Positions 50,801 through 64,000 of a stretch of DNA of 64,000 nt are shown here, in pieces. Position 1 is the first letter of the stretch, and every line of letters begins with the position of its first letter. Position numbers and translations under genes: made by a program. The stretch is from Blasia pusilla (lineage: Eukaryota), in NCBI GenBank assembly GCA_050084515.1, contig CM114271.1, positions 4,464,001 to 4,528,000 of the forward strand, read 5' to 3'. The notes under the pieces were generated by a model. It saw only the letters and a program-made list of their open reading frames with translations. It ran no database searches and was not told the origin of the DNA.

Positions 50801-53194
50801 CATTGCAAGACATCCATAACCTTTTAGTCATACGAGACTTGTCTAAGAGTAATTCATGTCATACTTGCAAGATAGCAAAAACCCAACTCAAAGGTGACGA
50901 GAAATTGATTTTTCAATCATGAGATCTATGGACTCTTCATGCTCGAGGTATATAGGATACGTAACAACAAGGTGCTTTGGGAGAAACCCATTTTTTAAAA
51001 AGTTTGATATTATCTAACTTAATGACAAACATGGCAAAAAATGTTGCACTACTTCCACACCTATGTCTCCATTCCATATACTCAACTAAGTTATGCGGAC
51101 TCATGTCTATTCTTTGATATTTGGGTATGATAATTTAGCAATGGACAAAGGAGATCCCGTATTCCTTCCTCGAGGGAGCAAACGGTTGATTGAAATGTAA
51201 GTAGGCAATCATCCATGAGAAATTATGAGTAGGTCCATCCATGAGGAATCTGGGATGCAATCTTTGTAATATGATTTCTAATGCTATAACAAAAGATTAT
51301 ATGTAGACTCTAAAAAAGCCAAGTCATAAGTAGAAAAACCTGATCCAACTTATTTATAAGTCAAGTGCTTAATGAAGCTTCAAAAGAAGTTGGCTATGTA
51401 GCATGGATTCATACACATACATTTGTCTAGGGAGAAGTTTGGTTGCTGAGAGGGATTCTATTCCGAAGAAGATTATGAAAGGAGGTACCAAACATAAGAA
51501 AGTTTACTCTAAGACCCCACCTTGAACATCTCTCACTTGAACCCTAACCCCTTAGATTTCAAACACCATCTGAAATATTGTGAAAAACTAATCATGCACT
51601 TTCTAAGCAGAATTTTTTTTTCACTCCTCATAACCATAGCAAGTCAAGAGGTTTATTCATTATGATGAGGAAAATTAATGGGACCCAAAACTCATTTTCA
51701 TCAAATTTTACTAAATATTGTAAAATAAAGGAATAGTAAAAGTATCTAATGAAAATGAAAAGTTCACTAATACGTTTGTTTTGAACTTCTCACCCATTTT
51801 CCAATCCAATGTGTACTTCAGATTTTTAAGTCACACTTTGAATTGTCTTTGAACTCTCTTTGTCAAAGTAAATGTGTCTTCATGTCATTCATATATATAT
51901 ATATATGAGCCTTTCCTAGGTATGATGAGCCTTTCCTAGGTTGAATTCGAGGGATATCATTCTCATATGATTACTATTTAAATTTTTGTTGAATGAAAAG
52001 TTTACTAATATGTTTTTTTGTCACTCTAGGAAGGAAATACTTGACTCTCAAGTGCCAGTTCATAATGTCAAGTTGATTACATGGACGCCTTCGGAGATCA
52101 AAATTTTGATTGCAACAAAATAAGATGAGATGGAAAGACTAGAACTGAATAACACTACTCAATCTACTATGGTCACCTTAAAACATAAGTGGAAAAAAGT
52201 CGGCAACTTTTATTTCAAGAATGGGATGACACAACCCATTTGTGATGGGCAAGCATGATACAACCTATTCATGACGACAAGGTGCTGATGCGAAGTGTCA
52301 TGTTTTCATACTTCTATTCTCCTTGATCTTAGTAATGAGTTTCATAATTAAAGACATCCAATGGAGAAGGGAACTTCAAATGCAAACAAAACTCCACCCA
52401 TCACTTTCATACATTTAATCATAACTCGATATGAATGACAATGCCTATTTGTTGCTTAACATTACATATGATGAATATAAAGTTTGTTTCTAATTTTTTT
52501 AATATAAGGGTGGAGTTATTTGATATACTAAAATAATCACAGATATATGTTCGAGAATAATTTGAAAAAATAAATAAATTAAAAATTATGGATAAAAAAA
52601 TTCTGGTCACCAATAATTTTTTTAAATTAAACATTTCCTCCCCTATCAAATTCTCATCGAAAATTTCAAGTTTGGAAAAAGATCATCGGATGTTTCCGGT
52701 TGAGAAATATTTCACGTCATATCTATGGGATTATCTTCTAGGAATTATCCAATTAGAAAAAAAAAAAGTTTTCATATCAAATGGTAGGAAATACCCTAAC
52801 AAAAACATCCCATTGAAATTTAATGTCAATTTTTAGAATTCGTCACCCTCCATGCATAATTATTGCATACTCATCAAATTACTAGTCGCAATATAATGTT
52901 GTTATGTCATTTTGCAAACTTTTGAAATAAAATGTGGTTAAGAATTAAATGTCATAATGACACCTAGGCATCTTTAAAAAAACCCTTTCTAGTAGACCAG
53001 AAAGGGCTTCTCAATTTGTCATAGAAAATCCAAAAATCTTTCTCACATAAGAGGCCAAACTTGTGGCATAATAATTATAACTTAAAAAATAAGTGTTATG
53101 CATGTAAGAAGGATGGAAAGAGGCGATCCATGGGCTACGATCGAAACCCCCACAAGTGCTTGACAAGAAATTTTGTTTGTTAACATTCCTAAGA

Positions 53195-53323
53195 GGATGG
53201 GCTACTCTCCTAGATATGATGTTTAGACTTGCCATAAGGCCTTTACTAGTACGTTCATTAAAGGATGGGCTACTCTCCTAGATGTGATGTTTAGACTTGC
53301 CATAAGATCCTTACTAATACGTT
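53195..53323. repeat. 68-bp imperfect tandem duplication
   Basis: GGATGGGCTACTCTCCTAGAT[AG]TGATGTTTAGACTTGCCATAAG occurs at 53195 and 53263. Confidence 0.85.
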
Positions 53324-55627
53324 GCAAGGGTGATGGGAAAATTTTCTTACCACCCTCAACTTAACTGCCCCTCTTAGCATAACTACTCCTTAAATTGAAC
53401 ACGAGTCAAAATAAAAAAGCTTTGAAGGGACACTTGGAGAGCTTTGAGATTTCTCCCCTCGTTCCTACACTAGTATTATAGACTGAGGCATAATTAAAGA
53501 TTGAAATACGAATGATTTAGGAGAGGCTAATATTTGGCAGTCTCCGGCCCTCCATGCCTAAGGATTGGTTCCGAGAGCAGGTTTAGTTGCAAACATAGAC
53601 TCGGTTTGGAGCTCGCAACTACATTTGTGATGCAAATTATTGATGTAACTTCCGATGGGAAGGGGACTCCTATCCAAAGATTCTACGTTTAAATGGCTAG
53701 AATTGTTTCAAGTAGTTAAAATAGGCAATTGACCTGACCACAATAATGAGTGGAGTCTTCTTGGACAGGTTAGATGGGAAGAACTGAAACCATCAATTAC
53801 TGTAAGGGGTTTAGGGTGATATAAGTGAAAATAAGTGACCGAAAGTATTCATGTGAATCCTCTGTTCTTTTGAATTGACTGCATTCACCATTCCTGTCAA
53901 ACAATGTGAAGCATCACCCCTTCTCAATTGTTTTTCATTCATCACAAAATGAGTAGACACTGGCACAATAGTACAATTTGAGAGATACAAGATTCCGGAC
54001 ACCGCTGGTGTGATGGGGCATGTATAAAACCATTAACAAGCAAGGAGTGTACCATGCTACTCTACACAAACAGCAATTTTAGTAAGAAAGAATCTCAGTT
54101 ATTCTGCCTTATCAAGTAATTGCCTGAGCCAGTCTTCCAAAATCCAGTCAGGGTCACTCCAGAGAAAAGAATAGATTTCTCCTTGTTTCTGAGGATCTGA
54201 AACCAGCGATATTTTACACCAGTATAATGCAATGGCACACATGCACTCATATTTAAAGTGAGTTGATACAAGTAAATAAATAGATAATTCATAGTAGGGA
54301 CTTGGTCAAGGTTTCACTAACTAAGCCTGGACAATCCTGAGGATTTCTTCATTTGATTCAGACAACATTCCAGGCAGCATACCCTCCCCATAATCTGCCT
54401 GGGAAGCTACCATACTGTTACAAGGCTGACACCTAGGTAATGAATAAGCAAAGCCAAGTACACCTAGAAGAGGTTCACAAGCATGTGCAATCGGAATCCT
54501 AAAAGGGCTCTAGGCTGATGACTGGCTCCAGCCCTTCTTTCTAGGGTTGAGACACCGAGCCCTTGCAATTACTGCCAGCTGCCCAGAACTCATTCATGTA
54601 TCAGTTACCATCTCATGTCAAACCATTTTGACAGGAGTTGGAAGTTAGAAGAATGTATGTCAGCACTGTGTATCTCTGAACAGGAAAATGCTCAGAATTT
54701 GCATAATGCCTAGCAAAGGTTTTGGGATCTAAAAATGGCCCATACTGCAAAGCATGACCCCCAAAATTTGCATCAAAATTCCGTTGGGATAAAAGTATCG
54801 TGGTTAGGAAGAGCTACAAACGACCTCCTTGACATGAACAAAAGTGCGTAGGAGAAGGGGTAGTTTTGGATTGTAGGGTGAACAGAGAAACCCAGAGTAA
54901 AGTTGGATATGCTCTACCAACTTCCTGTGGGAGAACAAGACAAATAAAAGGAGACTGAGGGGGCAAGCCACAACTCCAATGTTTTGAGCTCATATCCCCT
55001 CCCTAGATCACTTGCCTTATCATCTGTAGTCAAGAACTGCTTGTGGGTATGGTTAAATAAGGTGCAATGGTACAAGAGAGGAACATGTACTTACTTGCTG
55101 GCGAGTACCTGGCACGAGTTGAGTCGAAAACCCGAGAATCTACACTCAGCTGCTTGACAGCTCAGTATTAGATGCTTCAGAATAACAGCTAAAACTATGG
55201 AGTCTCAAGGAATGAACACAACCACAAGCAACAAGAACAGGAGACTATTAAACCGTAGCTTAAACTTCCCAAGCCAGCCAGGTACAAATGTAAGGTGGGA
55301 ATCAAAACTTCAGCGTAAGGTCCACAAGGCGCATGCCTTTTCTGCCAAGCAATTCCTGCAAAGCCAAAATGTAGGCCTGTGTCAATGCTTGGAAGACCCA
55401 AATCGCTCCACCAATTAACTCGGTCTTAATAAATGATGTCAGACACAAACAAATGGTGAACAAGTAGGAAAAGGGAATTTTCCTCCAGAAAGACATGAAC
55501 TTACAAATATCTCCAGTTCAAGTAATGCTCTACTATGCCTTCCTAAGAAAGACTTCGCACTGTTTCCCCAATGCTATGAGTCAGATTACAGATAAGACCA
55601 CCACCATGAGTGGATCCGCCCACGTGA

Positions 55628-58600
55628 TCATAGTACAGAATACTTCCCAGGTTGAATTGTCACAGGAAGTGAAGTAGCTGCAGATGTAGACTCCTCCAAG
55701 AGGCGTTTCACTTCTGCTTTAGCCTTCTTAACAGATGCTTCAGTAGGACCCTCAATGAATAGAAAGAGTTTCCGCTCTCCAGGTGCAGGTACTTTTCCTG
55801 GAGGGAAAAACTGACCCCTAGTAGTGATAGCTGCACCAGTCCATTCACTGATTTGCCCCAAGGCATCTTTGTGAGTTACTTTCCAACGTGCATGCTGAGG
55901 GAAGTCATTGATTTCCAGTTCAGCCTCATAATGTTCAGGTATAGCCTCTGCTTGGATCTTTGCAAGATTATGTTGGAGATTCAGAGCAGCTGCAAAAGCT
56001 GAGGCCCTGGCTGCTCCATCTGCCATACCTGCTGGAGTAGCACCAGGTGTGAGACCCATTCCCAACAGGTTTAGGGAACCCATCCCTTGCATGCCTGTCA
56101 TTCCTGCCGCGGCCATATTTGCCATATTGGCCATATTTGCCATGTTAGCCATTCCGGCCATATTCATCATGTTCATGCCCATACCTGGCATGTTGGCAAG
56201 ATTGAGACCAGGAAAGTTCATTCCCATTGAGCCTGGGACTGTGAACTGTGAGGGTAAACCTTGGCTAGCAGCCGCAGCTTGTGCCATTGCCAAGGCAGCT
56301 TGAAGCTGTGGATTGGCAGCATTCATGGCAGCGTTCATGGCAGATACTCCCAAAGATGGCCCTGCCATGGAGGTGAGCCCTGCCTTTGCTGCTGCAGCAA
56401 TTGCAGCAGCATGTGCTGCAGCTGCTGCAGCTTGTGCCAGGTCTCCACCAGCCTTGCGAATTCCATCATCATCAGACTCGGAATCTGATTTCTCATCATC
56501 CTCTTCAAAACCATACTCCTTAGCTTGTGCTTTCTTGGCAGCTTTCCGGGCCTCGTCTTCCTCTTCATTGAATTTGAAACCACTGCCACCATAACCACTC
56601 CCATGTACTTGTTCACTGCCCTGCTTCACTTTAGCCATGAAGTCATCCGCCAGCTTTTTCAAGTCATCTGGTATAGGCTGTTCAGACAGCACAAGAGCTT
56701 TTACAAGGTCTGGGGCATATCTCTCTTCTTCAACGGAGATAAAAGTAACTGCGACCCCCTTGCGACCAGCCCTGCCTGTTCTTCCCACACGATGCACATA
56801 GTCCTCATAGTGGTTAGGGACATCATAGTTGACGACTAGTTCCAGCTCCTTGACATCGAGTCCTCGTGCTGCAACACTGGTAGCAATCATCAAGTTGCAC
56901 ACATTCGACTTGAAGTCTGCAAGAGTGGATTCTCTATCTGTTTGATCTTTGGCACCATGTAACGATAAGCATGGGTAGCCTGCCTTGAGAAGATCTTTGA
57001 ATAAGCTATCACATTTCTCTTGTGAATGGACAAAGATTAGTATCTTTCCCTTCTCATACCACTCTCCAAGAAGTTCCAAAAGTCGCAGAAACCTTTCACT
57101 GTCAGGGCGGACCTCTACTGTTTGAGTGATGTCCTTATTGGCCACACTCCTTCCACCAACTTGTATCTCCACCGGCTTACTGAGTACCTTCCTGGCAAGA
57201 ACCTCAACTTGCCTTGGAAAAGTAGCTGAAAAGAGCACAGTTTGCCGATCGGGTCGTGTGTTCTGCACAATCCTTGTAATTTGTGGTTCGAAACCCATGT
57301 CGAACATACGATCTGCTTCATCCATCACAAGGTAAGTCACTCTCCTCAGATTCATGATTTTTCCAGCACTCGTGCAAAGTATATCGATCATCCTGCCTGG
57401 AGTGCAGACTACAATCTCAGCACCTCGTTTGAGATCGCTGATCTGCTGGGCAACACCAGAACCACCGTAAACAGGCACGCAAGTCAAACCCATTACTTTA
57501 GAAAACTTCTTAATGTCGCTGTAGATTTGCTGAACAAGCTCTCTAGTCGGTGCCATGATCAGTCCGATAGGACCATCCCCTTGAGCCAAAGGGGGTTGGT
57601 CCATGATGTGCCTCAGCATAGGCAATACAAACGCCAAAGTTTTCCCTGACCCAGTTTTGGCAACACCAATACAGTCTCTGCCGCTCATGATAATAGGCAG
57701 CGCCTGCGCTTGAATGGACATGGGTTTCTCAAAACCTAATTTCTTAATTACATCCAAAATTTTAGCGCTTAGACCAGTTTGATTCCATGTCTTTATTGGC
57801 TGAGGTACGTCCTTCCCTCTCACCTTCAATTCTAACTGCCTCCGTAAGGCTATCACCTCCTCTGCTGGCATCCTGGAAATCTCTTTCACTTCAATGTAAA
57901 AATTCTTCCTAAAGGCCGAATACTGGACCTTTGAATGGTCCACGAGGGCTAGTTTCTCTGCCTTGCTTTTTTTCACCCTCTTCATGAAATCATCATCATC
58001 TTCTTCGCCCTCTAACTCTTCTCCGTCATCTCCATAGTCATTATCTGATGCTGAATCTTCACCAGCAATTATACGACCAGTCGAGATCTTCGATTCTCTT
58101 TTGACGGATTTGCCCATCTTGTCAAAAACCTTCACTAAAACCTTCGCCTCTGTAGGCGGTTTCATGAGACTTACCTTTTGACCACCACGGGGACCCGTTT
58201 CCATAGGACCACTCAACTTTTCCACTTCAGGAATGACCATGGCATTCATGAACGCATCGAGAGGATCCACTTCATCATCTGTTTGGTTCTCGTTCGATCC
58301 CCTTTCTTGACCTTCGTGATCTTGCTTCATTCTATCCTCCTCGTCTCGCAATCCCAGAAGATCCTCCTTGCTGTCTGCCATGACCACGTCTCCATTCTCG
58401 AAAGCCGTCACCTTTGTGGCAGCAGGAAAGCCATCCCTGAGACCATCATCATCATCCGAGTCGTCTCCTTCGAGAGTCCAAGTTTTGCCATTGGCAAGCT
58501 GCTCCATCGCACCCTCCGCATCACCCCTCCTCTTACGCTCATCGTCCTCTTTTCGGCGCCTCAACTCCTGCCATTCCTGTACCCTTCTCCGCCGCTTTTC

Positions 58601-59380
58601 CATTTCTTCGTCCAGCCTCCTTTGTTCCTCATCAAGATCATCTTCCTCACTCTCGCGTCGTAGACCCGGCTCTCCTTCCTCGTCCTTTCTCCTCTTCTTA
58701 CGATCCCTATCTTTATCTTCCTCGTCCACTTTCTCAAGCTTCTCGCGCTCTCTCTTATCTCGCTCTTTCTCTCTCTTTTCCTTCTCACGCTTCTTGTCCC
58801 TTTCCTTCAATAACTCCCGCTCCCTCTCCCTCCTCCTCTCCTCCTCTTTTTCCCTCTCCCTATAGAGACCTGATCTCTCTGGCTCTTCCCTGGATTTCTC
58901 CTTTTCCCTCTTCTCCCTTTCTTTCTCTCGTATCAACTCCTCTGTTTCCTCCCGTTCCCTGTGCCTCTCCTTCCTCTTAGCTTTCTCGCGTTCCTTTTCC
59001 TTCTCTCGTTCTCTTTCCCTCAACTTAGCAATCTCTCTCTCCTTGTCCCTATCTCGCTCCTTCTCTCGGGATTTCTCCTTCAACCTCTCTCGCTCTTTTT
59101 CTGTCCCCGCATCTTTATCCTTGCTGCGCTTCTCGTCTTTCTCTCGCGCTTTCTCCAGATCCTTATCCTTGACCCTGTCTCCATCCCTCTTCTCTCTTTC
59201 AGTCCTATCTTTCAGTTTGCTATCGTCTTTCCGTGAGCGATCTCCGTCTCTACTATACTGCTTCCCCTTGTCACTCTCATCCCCTTCGTCGTAGTGATCC
59301 CGCTTCCTCAGATGCCGCTCTCTAGAACCTTTCTTCGAGGCTCCAAGAGATTCCTCGTCCAATTTACCATTAGCACCCAT
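55628..59380 (-). CDS. RH42: DEAD-box RNA helicase PRP5/DDX46 (plant RH42-like), intronless CDS, ~1250 aa
   Basis: RE/RD-rich N-terminus and the PRP5-specific DPLDAFM motif. Helicase motifs AKTGSGKT, PTRELV, DEAD, SAT and HRVGRTGRAG. C-terminal KH-like ELEINDFPQHARWKVT. The first ATG is at 59380; the ORF track start is an upstream TTG. Confidence 0.96.
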   Translation of the reverse strand: MGANGKLDEESLGASKKGSRERHLRKRDHYDEGDESDKGKQYSRDGDRSRKDDSKLKDRTEREKRDGDRVKDKDLEKAREKDEKRSKDKDAGTEKERERLKEKSREKERDRDKEREIAKLREREREKEKEREKAKRKERHREREETEELIREKEREKREKEKSREEPERSGLYREREKEEERRRERERELLKERDKKREKEKREKERDKREREKLEKVDEEDKDRDRKKRRKDEEGEPGLRRESEEDDLDEEQRRLDEEMEKRRRRVQEWQELRRRKEDDERKRRGDAEGAMEQLANGKTWTLEGDDSDDDDGLRDGFPAATKVTAFENGDVVMADSKEDLLGLRDEEDRMKQDHEGQERGSNENQTDDEVDPLDAFMNAMVIPEVEKLSGPMETGPRGGQKVSLMKPPTEAKVLVKVFDKMGKSVKRESKISTGRIIAGEDSASDNDYGDDGEELEGEEDDDDFMKRVKKSKAEKLALVDHSKVQYSAFRKNFYIEVKEISRMPAEEVIALRRQLELKVRGKDVPQPIKTWNQTGLSAKILDVIKKLGFEKPMSIQAQALPIIMSGRDCIGVAKTGSGKTLAFVLPMLRHIMDQPPLAQGDGPIGLIMAPTRELVQQIYSDIKKFSKVMGLTCVPVYGGSGVAQQISDLKRGAEIVVCTPGRMIDILCTSAGKIMNLRRVTYLVMDEADRMFDMGFEPQITRIVQNTRPDRQTVLFSATFPRQVEVLARKVLSKPVEIQVGGRSVANKDITQTVEVRPDSERFLRLLELLGEWYEKGKILIFVHSQEKCDSLFKDLLKAGYPCLSLHGAKDQTDRESTLADFKSNVCNLMIATSVAARGLDVKELELVVNYDVPNHYEDYVHRVGRTGRAGRKGVAVTFISVEEERYAPDLVKALVLSEQPIPDDLKKLADDFMAKVKQGSEQVHGSGYGGSGFKFNEEEDEARKAAKKAQAKEYGFEEDDEKSDSESDDDGIRKAGGDLAQAAAAAAHAAAIAAAAKAGLTSMAGPSLGVSAMNAAMNAANPQLQAALAMAQAAAASQGLPSQFTVPGSMGMNFPGLNLANMPGMGMNMMNMAGMANMANMANMANMAAAGMTGMQGMGSLNLLGMGLTPGATPAGMADGAARASAFAAALNLQHNLAKIQAEAIPEHYEAELEINDFPQHARWKVTHKDALGQISEWTGAAITTRGQFFPPGKVPAPGERKLFLFIEGPTEASVKKAKAEVKRLLEESTSAATSLPVTIQPGKYSVL

Positions 59381-60329
59381 TCTGCACTGGCGTCGTCTCT
59401 GCCATACACTCAAAAATCGTCGATCGAAACTCCACAGACAACCTTCAACTCCTCCACTAATTCACCAGACGAAACACGAGTGCACCTCAGAACCAAACTT
59501 ATACAACGGCAGGAGCTAGCTAGAAACTATACCACCGAATCAACTCCCACAACTCAACCAAAAAAGCGCATACGCTGACGATTAGGTTTCTCTACGCCGT
59601 AACAGACTCCACAATCGGAGGCAAAAACAGTCACCAGACGAAACCAAAAACATTCACAACAACGCAGTGCCCTCGAAATTCACACACCTGAAAAAGCAGT
59701 TGGTTCACAACGAAACTACTCCCCCCGCCGGGAGAAAAACTTCCAATTCCTCCCGAATTCGCGGCGCTGCGTCACGGTAACCTCGACTACCCTTCCGGCG
59801 CCACACGACCGAGGGCCGGAGCCGAGAGAAGAGTCGAGGAAGAGAGGGCAGAGAAGCGAGCCACGACGAGCGGGAGCGAGAGCGGGAGAGGAGAGGAGGT
59901 CGGTGTGCGCTCGCGACACGGCGACGACGACGAAGTGTCCCCGCGCTGGCACAGGAGTATGTATGTACTGGCGCTGGTCGTGTTTGGCACAGGCTACAAC
60001 TCTGGCCACGTCACGAATGAACTGAACGCTCATGACCTAATAATAAGATTCCCCGGCGCGGACGTGTAAGGGAACGGTTCAAGCAAAGCCATACGCTCTG
60101 CATGCAAACTATATTTTTTTTCTTTTGTTTTAAGTGGTGTGGGTTGTTTATAATATATATTCAGCTAATTTATATTATTAAAAGAGGATGGGGTTTGAAA
60201 AATTTTTATATTTTTGTCTCCTCTTGTGATATTGAGTTTAGGCATAACATGTGATGCATCCTTTCACCTATGCATATCACCCGCAATATACTAATGTAAG
60301 AATAAGGTAAGAGTGAGATAGTGACTTTA

Positions 60330-60592
60330 ACTAGTTCCCCTTTAGATGTTGCAAGGTTGCAAGAACTGAATCGAGGACCTCTTCCTTCTTTCTTCCCCTC
60401 CTTTCCGTCGGTTCCCAATCACGGAGTAATTAGAAATGGCAAGTAGAAAAGTCGCAAAGACTTGCACCTTGCTTTCTCGTCGCACGAAACGTCGTCGACG
60501 TCCCATTGGCGTATTACTTTATCGGTTACATTCTACATGTATGGGATAGTGGGGCACGATCATTGCGAGCTCAGATGCATGGGACTAGGTCC
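60330..60592. mobile_element. Degenerate MITE-like element related to 2530-2830
   Basis: The right end CATGGGACTAGGTCC followed by TTA resembles the TIR of 36713-36945. The internal GGTTCCC...GAAATG...AAAGTCGCAAAG.CTTG is shared with 2670-2725. The left end is unclear. Confidence 0.4.
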
Positions 60593-62139
60593 TTAATAGT
60601 AGAAGAATCCACTTTATTAAAAAACCAAACCTCAAAAACGTGTAGGATCAACAACCACCACATAACCCAATAGACAAAAGCCACCTCGAGACATAACAAG
60701 ATTAAATCTTCAATGAGAGGTTACTCGTGTACTAGAATGTAGGATATATAGTTGCTCTTGCCCAGCCATCATAGAGTTCAACCTCTACTCCTCCTTGCTT
60801 CACCCCAAAACACTCTCAACCTTAAGCTTTGCAAGCGGAGGCCTTCACTTGAGTCTCAAAGACTCAACGAATTGCACATTCCGAAGATAATCAAAAAACC
60901 GCCTAGCACTAATGGGGTTGGAGTCTACCCAAGTGCGTATTGTCTCCCTAGAAGAGACAGAGATGTCAATAAAAAAAATACTCTTCCCAAGCTCCAACCA
61001 ATCTCCCCATGTTGTTTGCCTATATCAAATACGTCAATTACTTCCTCTATGTGTGTTGCTAATTAATTCCTTTGCTCAAACTTGAAACATGGTCAAACAC
61101 GTATTATAGTTAATCCCTTGTTATGCGGTTTTTCATGGGAACCCTACCTTCCCTATTTTCCACCTTGGGCTTTTGATTTTGGCCCACAATCCAAATGTGG
61201 TTCATGACCCTCTGACTCGCGTTTGATAAGTTATCCCCCAAGACGGCTTGGAGAAGACTTCCTACATATTTTGCTACTCCCAACTCCCCAAACCCATCTT
61301 GGATGTTGGCCTCATCTCAACTCCAACCCTTTGACGTCTCATGGTTATCTTACTACCCTTCTTGTTTCATGACTAGTCTCACAGCGTATCGCCATTTTTG
61401 ACTACTCATGTGATCCTTGCTTCTCACATTTAATTTGGAGCTTGGTTCTCTTGCCTTGCCCTTAACCTTGCACATAGCTATACCTTTGCTTGCTTTAGGT
61501 TAATCTCAAGTTGCAAGTCGTCTTGCTTAGTGTTAATCAAGAGGCCAGTTCCACTGCCGTTTCTAGTCTGACGACTAGCTAGTCTAGGTTTTAACTTTGA
61601 TAGGTCACACCAAGTTCTTTGCTCCTTGAACTTGCAATATTAACTTGCTCATTGAGTCCCCGTTAGCGTGAGCGCCACAACTTAGCTATTTGCAACGCCA
61701 ACGATATACCTACAATACAAGCCACTAAAATCACTGATGTGAGCCACCGAAGTCGAAACCTAGACTAGCTATTCAAAAGACTAGAGTGCGCGGCGGAACC
61801 TACCACATGACTAACTCTAGTCAAGATGGGTGTGCGCCTTGAGACCTCACTTGAGACTAGCCTTAGGAGAAAGGGGGCATAGCCACTCGTGGGGATAGAG
61901 GACTAGGAAGGATAAGTGAAAGATCCTTTGGGAAATTTTTGAGTCAAGAGCAAGAAGCAAGGAAGTCGGGAGTAATCGAGATGGGCAATATGTCAAAAGA
62001 CTAGCTTGTAGAGAAATACGAGGGTGGGCAAGATAACCATAAGACGCCAAATGGCAAGAGTCCAATCGAGCATTAGGTATGAAATGCACAAAATACAAGT
62101 TGGGTTCTAAGATGAGTTTAGAGAATTCAAGATGCATGG

Positions 62140-62355
62140 AATCTAAACATACGATACCATAATCATGGGTTTATACTTAAACGATTATATACCAAAAAGC
62201 CCATTGTAAAGAAATAAGAAATCAATAAACATAATCTCATAAAAAAACTCCTCAACTTCTTATTATTTAATCAACCCCACTTTCATGATAAGAGGTTTGG
62301 GTTACAAACACACAAGGCAAGGAGAACCATAACTCCTCCATCTTATGAAAGGTGG

Positions 62356-62410
<55 letters not shown>

Positions 62411-62731
62411 GTGATTATCTAATCCATCCCTTCTTCCCCAAGCTCTCCTACTCGTGACCTATGCACACTTGTGATCTAATATACAATAGTGTATTAAGTG
62501 TTTTCTCTAAAATAGGAAATAAACAAAACCCAAAAATGGGGAACTTACTTGACGTAGTAAGTTCCGAAAAATAGCTCCAAATGAGCCCAAAAAAAGGATT
62601 AACCTACTCACACGGGTGATCCTCCTCCCCAATAGGTTGTCGTAAACCTACCAAGACTGAAGTTTGATCTCCTCGAATTGATACGTTGCATGGATCCTCT
62701 ATTATAATACTCCAATCTAAAAGATGTGACA
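62140..62731 (-). mobile_element. Degenerate LTR copy with (GA)n tract
   Basis: Shares ACGATTATATACCAA, TAGTAAGTT...GCTCCAAATGAGCC and the terminal GATGTGACA with the reverse complement of 26589-27179 and/or with 16556-17198. (GA)n at ~62359-62406. Confidence 0.55.
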
Positions 62732-64000
62732 GGCAACTAAATATAGTCTAGGTTTTACTTTGGTGAGTCTCACTAAAGTCCATCCTCCTTGGACATGTGA
62801 TCATGATTAAATTCTTGGGTCTCCACTAGTTCGAGCACCATAGACTAAACTATTCACGACATATTGAAATATGTGTAAACATATGACGTGGACATTAGTA
62901 AGTCATTTCCTTCTCTTGGCGGATGTGAGGCCTCGTACCATCCCCTCATTGATGGAGATTCATGTATAGTCTCATATAGTGGTGGATCCAAGGTGAGAGT
63001 TAGTGCGGGCACAAGTGGTAGTACACGGGTAATTGCTACAAGGACTGTCGGGCGGTGGTGGGGAAGAAGAATTAACTTAATAGTTTTCTTCATGAAAGAC
63101 ATCCTTTTGTGGAGAATGCCCTTTCATTTTGCAAACTCCTCTTCTTATGATATTTGGCACTTTCAATCAATAAGATCAGTCATTACGGCCCTGCATATAT
63201 TCATAGTTTTTTTTCCCATCATCTAGCTTGTCCACGTGTCTTCACACGAGTTCAATAACTAATTTCTCCCTCCTCCTCTTAAAAGCCGCACACTGGTTTT
63301 ATAAGTCAATAAAAACGTTTAAAATTTATTTAAAATTAGATTTGATGATTAATTATCCATACCATAATGCGCAATCCCACAAGTAGAATAAGACAAGATA
63401 GAAACCATAATAGGACAAGATAGTAACATGTTACTAATTTTTTCTTTAATGGATTCGTTTTATAACTTGCTATGGGTTTGAAAAAAAATGAATTTTTTTG
63501 AATAATAATTATTGTAGTGAGGTTTAATTTGATTGGTGAGAGTTATTTTTACGGGAGAGTGGTTTAATGGTTATTTTATGCATGTGAAGAATTAATTAAA
63601 ACTTAATAATAATTATTATAAGAAAAAGTGTGATTTAATTTGATTGGAAAGGGTTAAAACTTGGATAATAATTATTGCAGGAAGTAATGAAATTTAATTT
63701 GATTGATGAAGATTATATTTATGAAGGGGTGATTTAATTATGATCTTTTTTATGTGAAAAAAAATCCATTCTTACATTTCATTTTTTAAGAATAAATTTA
63801 TATAATAGTTAGCATGGTAAATTAATTAAAACCCGTGTATTAAAATAATATTCAAATCAGTTTAATATACTTTTTCTATTTGTTAACCCATTGAACGCCG
63901 TTTTCACTTTTGATGGACCTTTCTTCGGTCCTTCCTTTTCGGGCTTTGTTTGAGGCGCTCCCAACAAAAGAGATTGTAGTGTCTTTAGGGAGGAGATCTT

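Noticed and set aside
48900-51600. Possible decayed transposon coding sequence (includes TGGTATCAGA at ~50532)
   Set aside because: It looks like a relic, but no diagnostic motif could be read with confidence.
56049-59578. Several plus-strand ORFs (Ser/Leu/Phe-rich)
   Set aside because: They are antisense shadows of the low-complexity RH42 coding sequence.
60600-62100. Gag-like internal region next to the 62140-62731 LTR relic
   Set aside because: Too degenerate to identify any motif.

Overview
Eukaryotic, intron-rich plant genomic DNA, most likely from a non-seed land plant (bryophyte or liverwort-like; this is inferred from gene content). It is not prokaryotic. Six host genes can be supported: an ankyrin-RCC1 (IBTK-like) gene (-), a zf-HIT box C/D snoRNP assembly factor (BCD1-like, +), a Kdo transferase (KdtA/WaaA-like, -), a COMMD2-like gene (-), DPH3 (-) and an intronless PRP5/DDX46/RH42 DEAD-box helicase (-). 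The most striking feature is a decayed Ty3/Gypsy-order LTR retrotransposon (~18.5-25.0 kb). Between protease and RNase H its pol carries a C5 cytosine DNA methyltransferase domain, with motif I and the catalytic G(W>stop)PCQGHS motif visible. Its integrase ends in a PHD finger. A second, inverted integrase-PHD fragment and three ~600-bp LTR copies of the family are also present. Other features: a CpG-rich 37-bp dyad-symmetric tandem array upstream of the ankyrin-RCC1 gene, a 66-bp repeat upstream of BCD1, Tourist-like MITEs with TTA target duplications, a strong hairpin near 3.3 kb and other repeat relics. All calls were made by eye, with no database searches.
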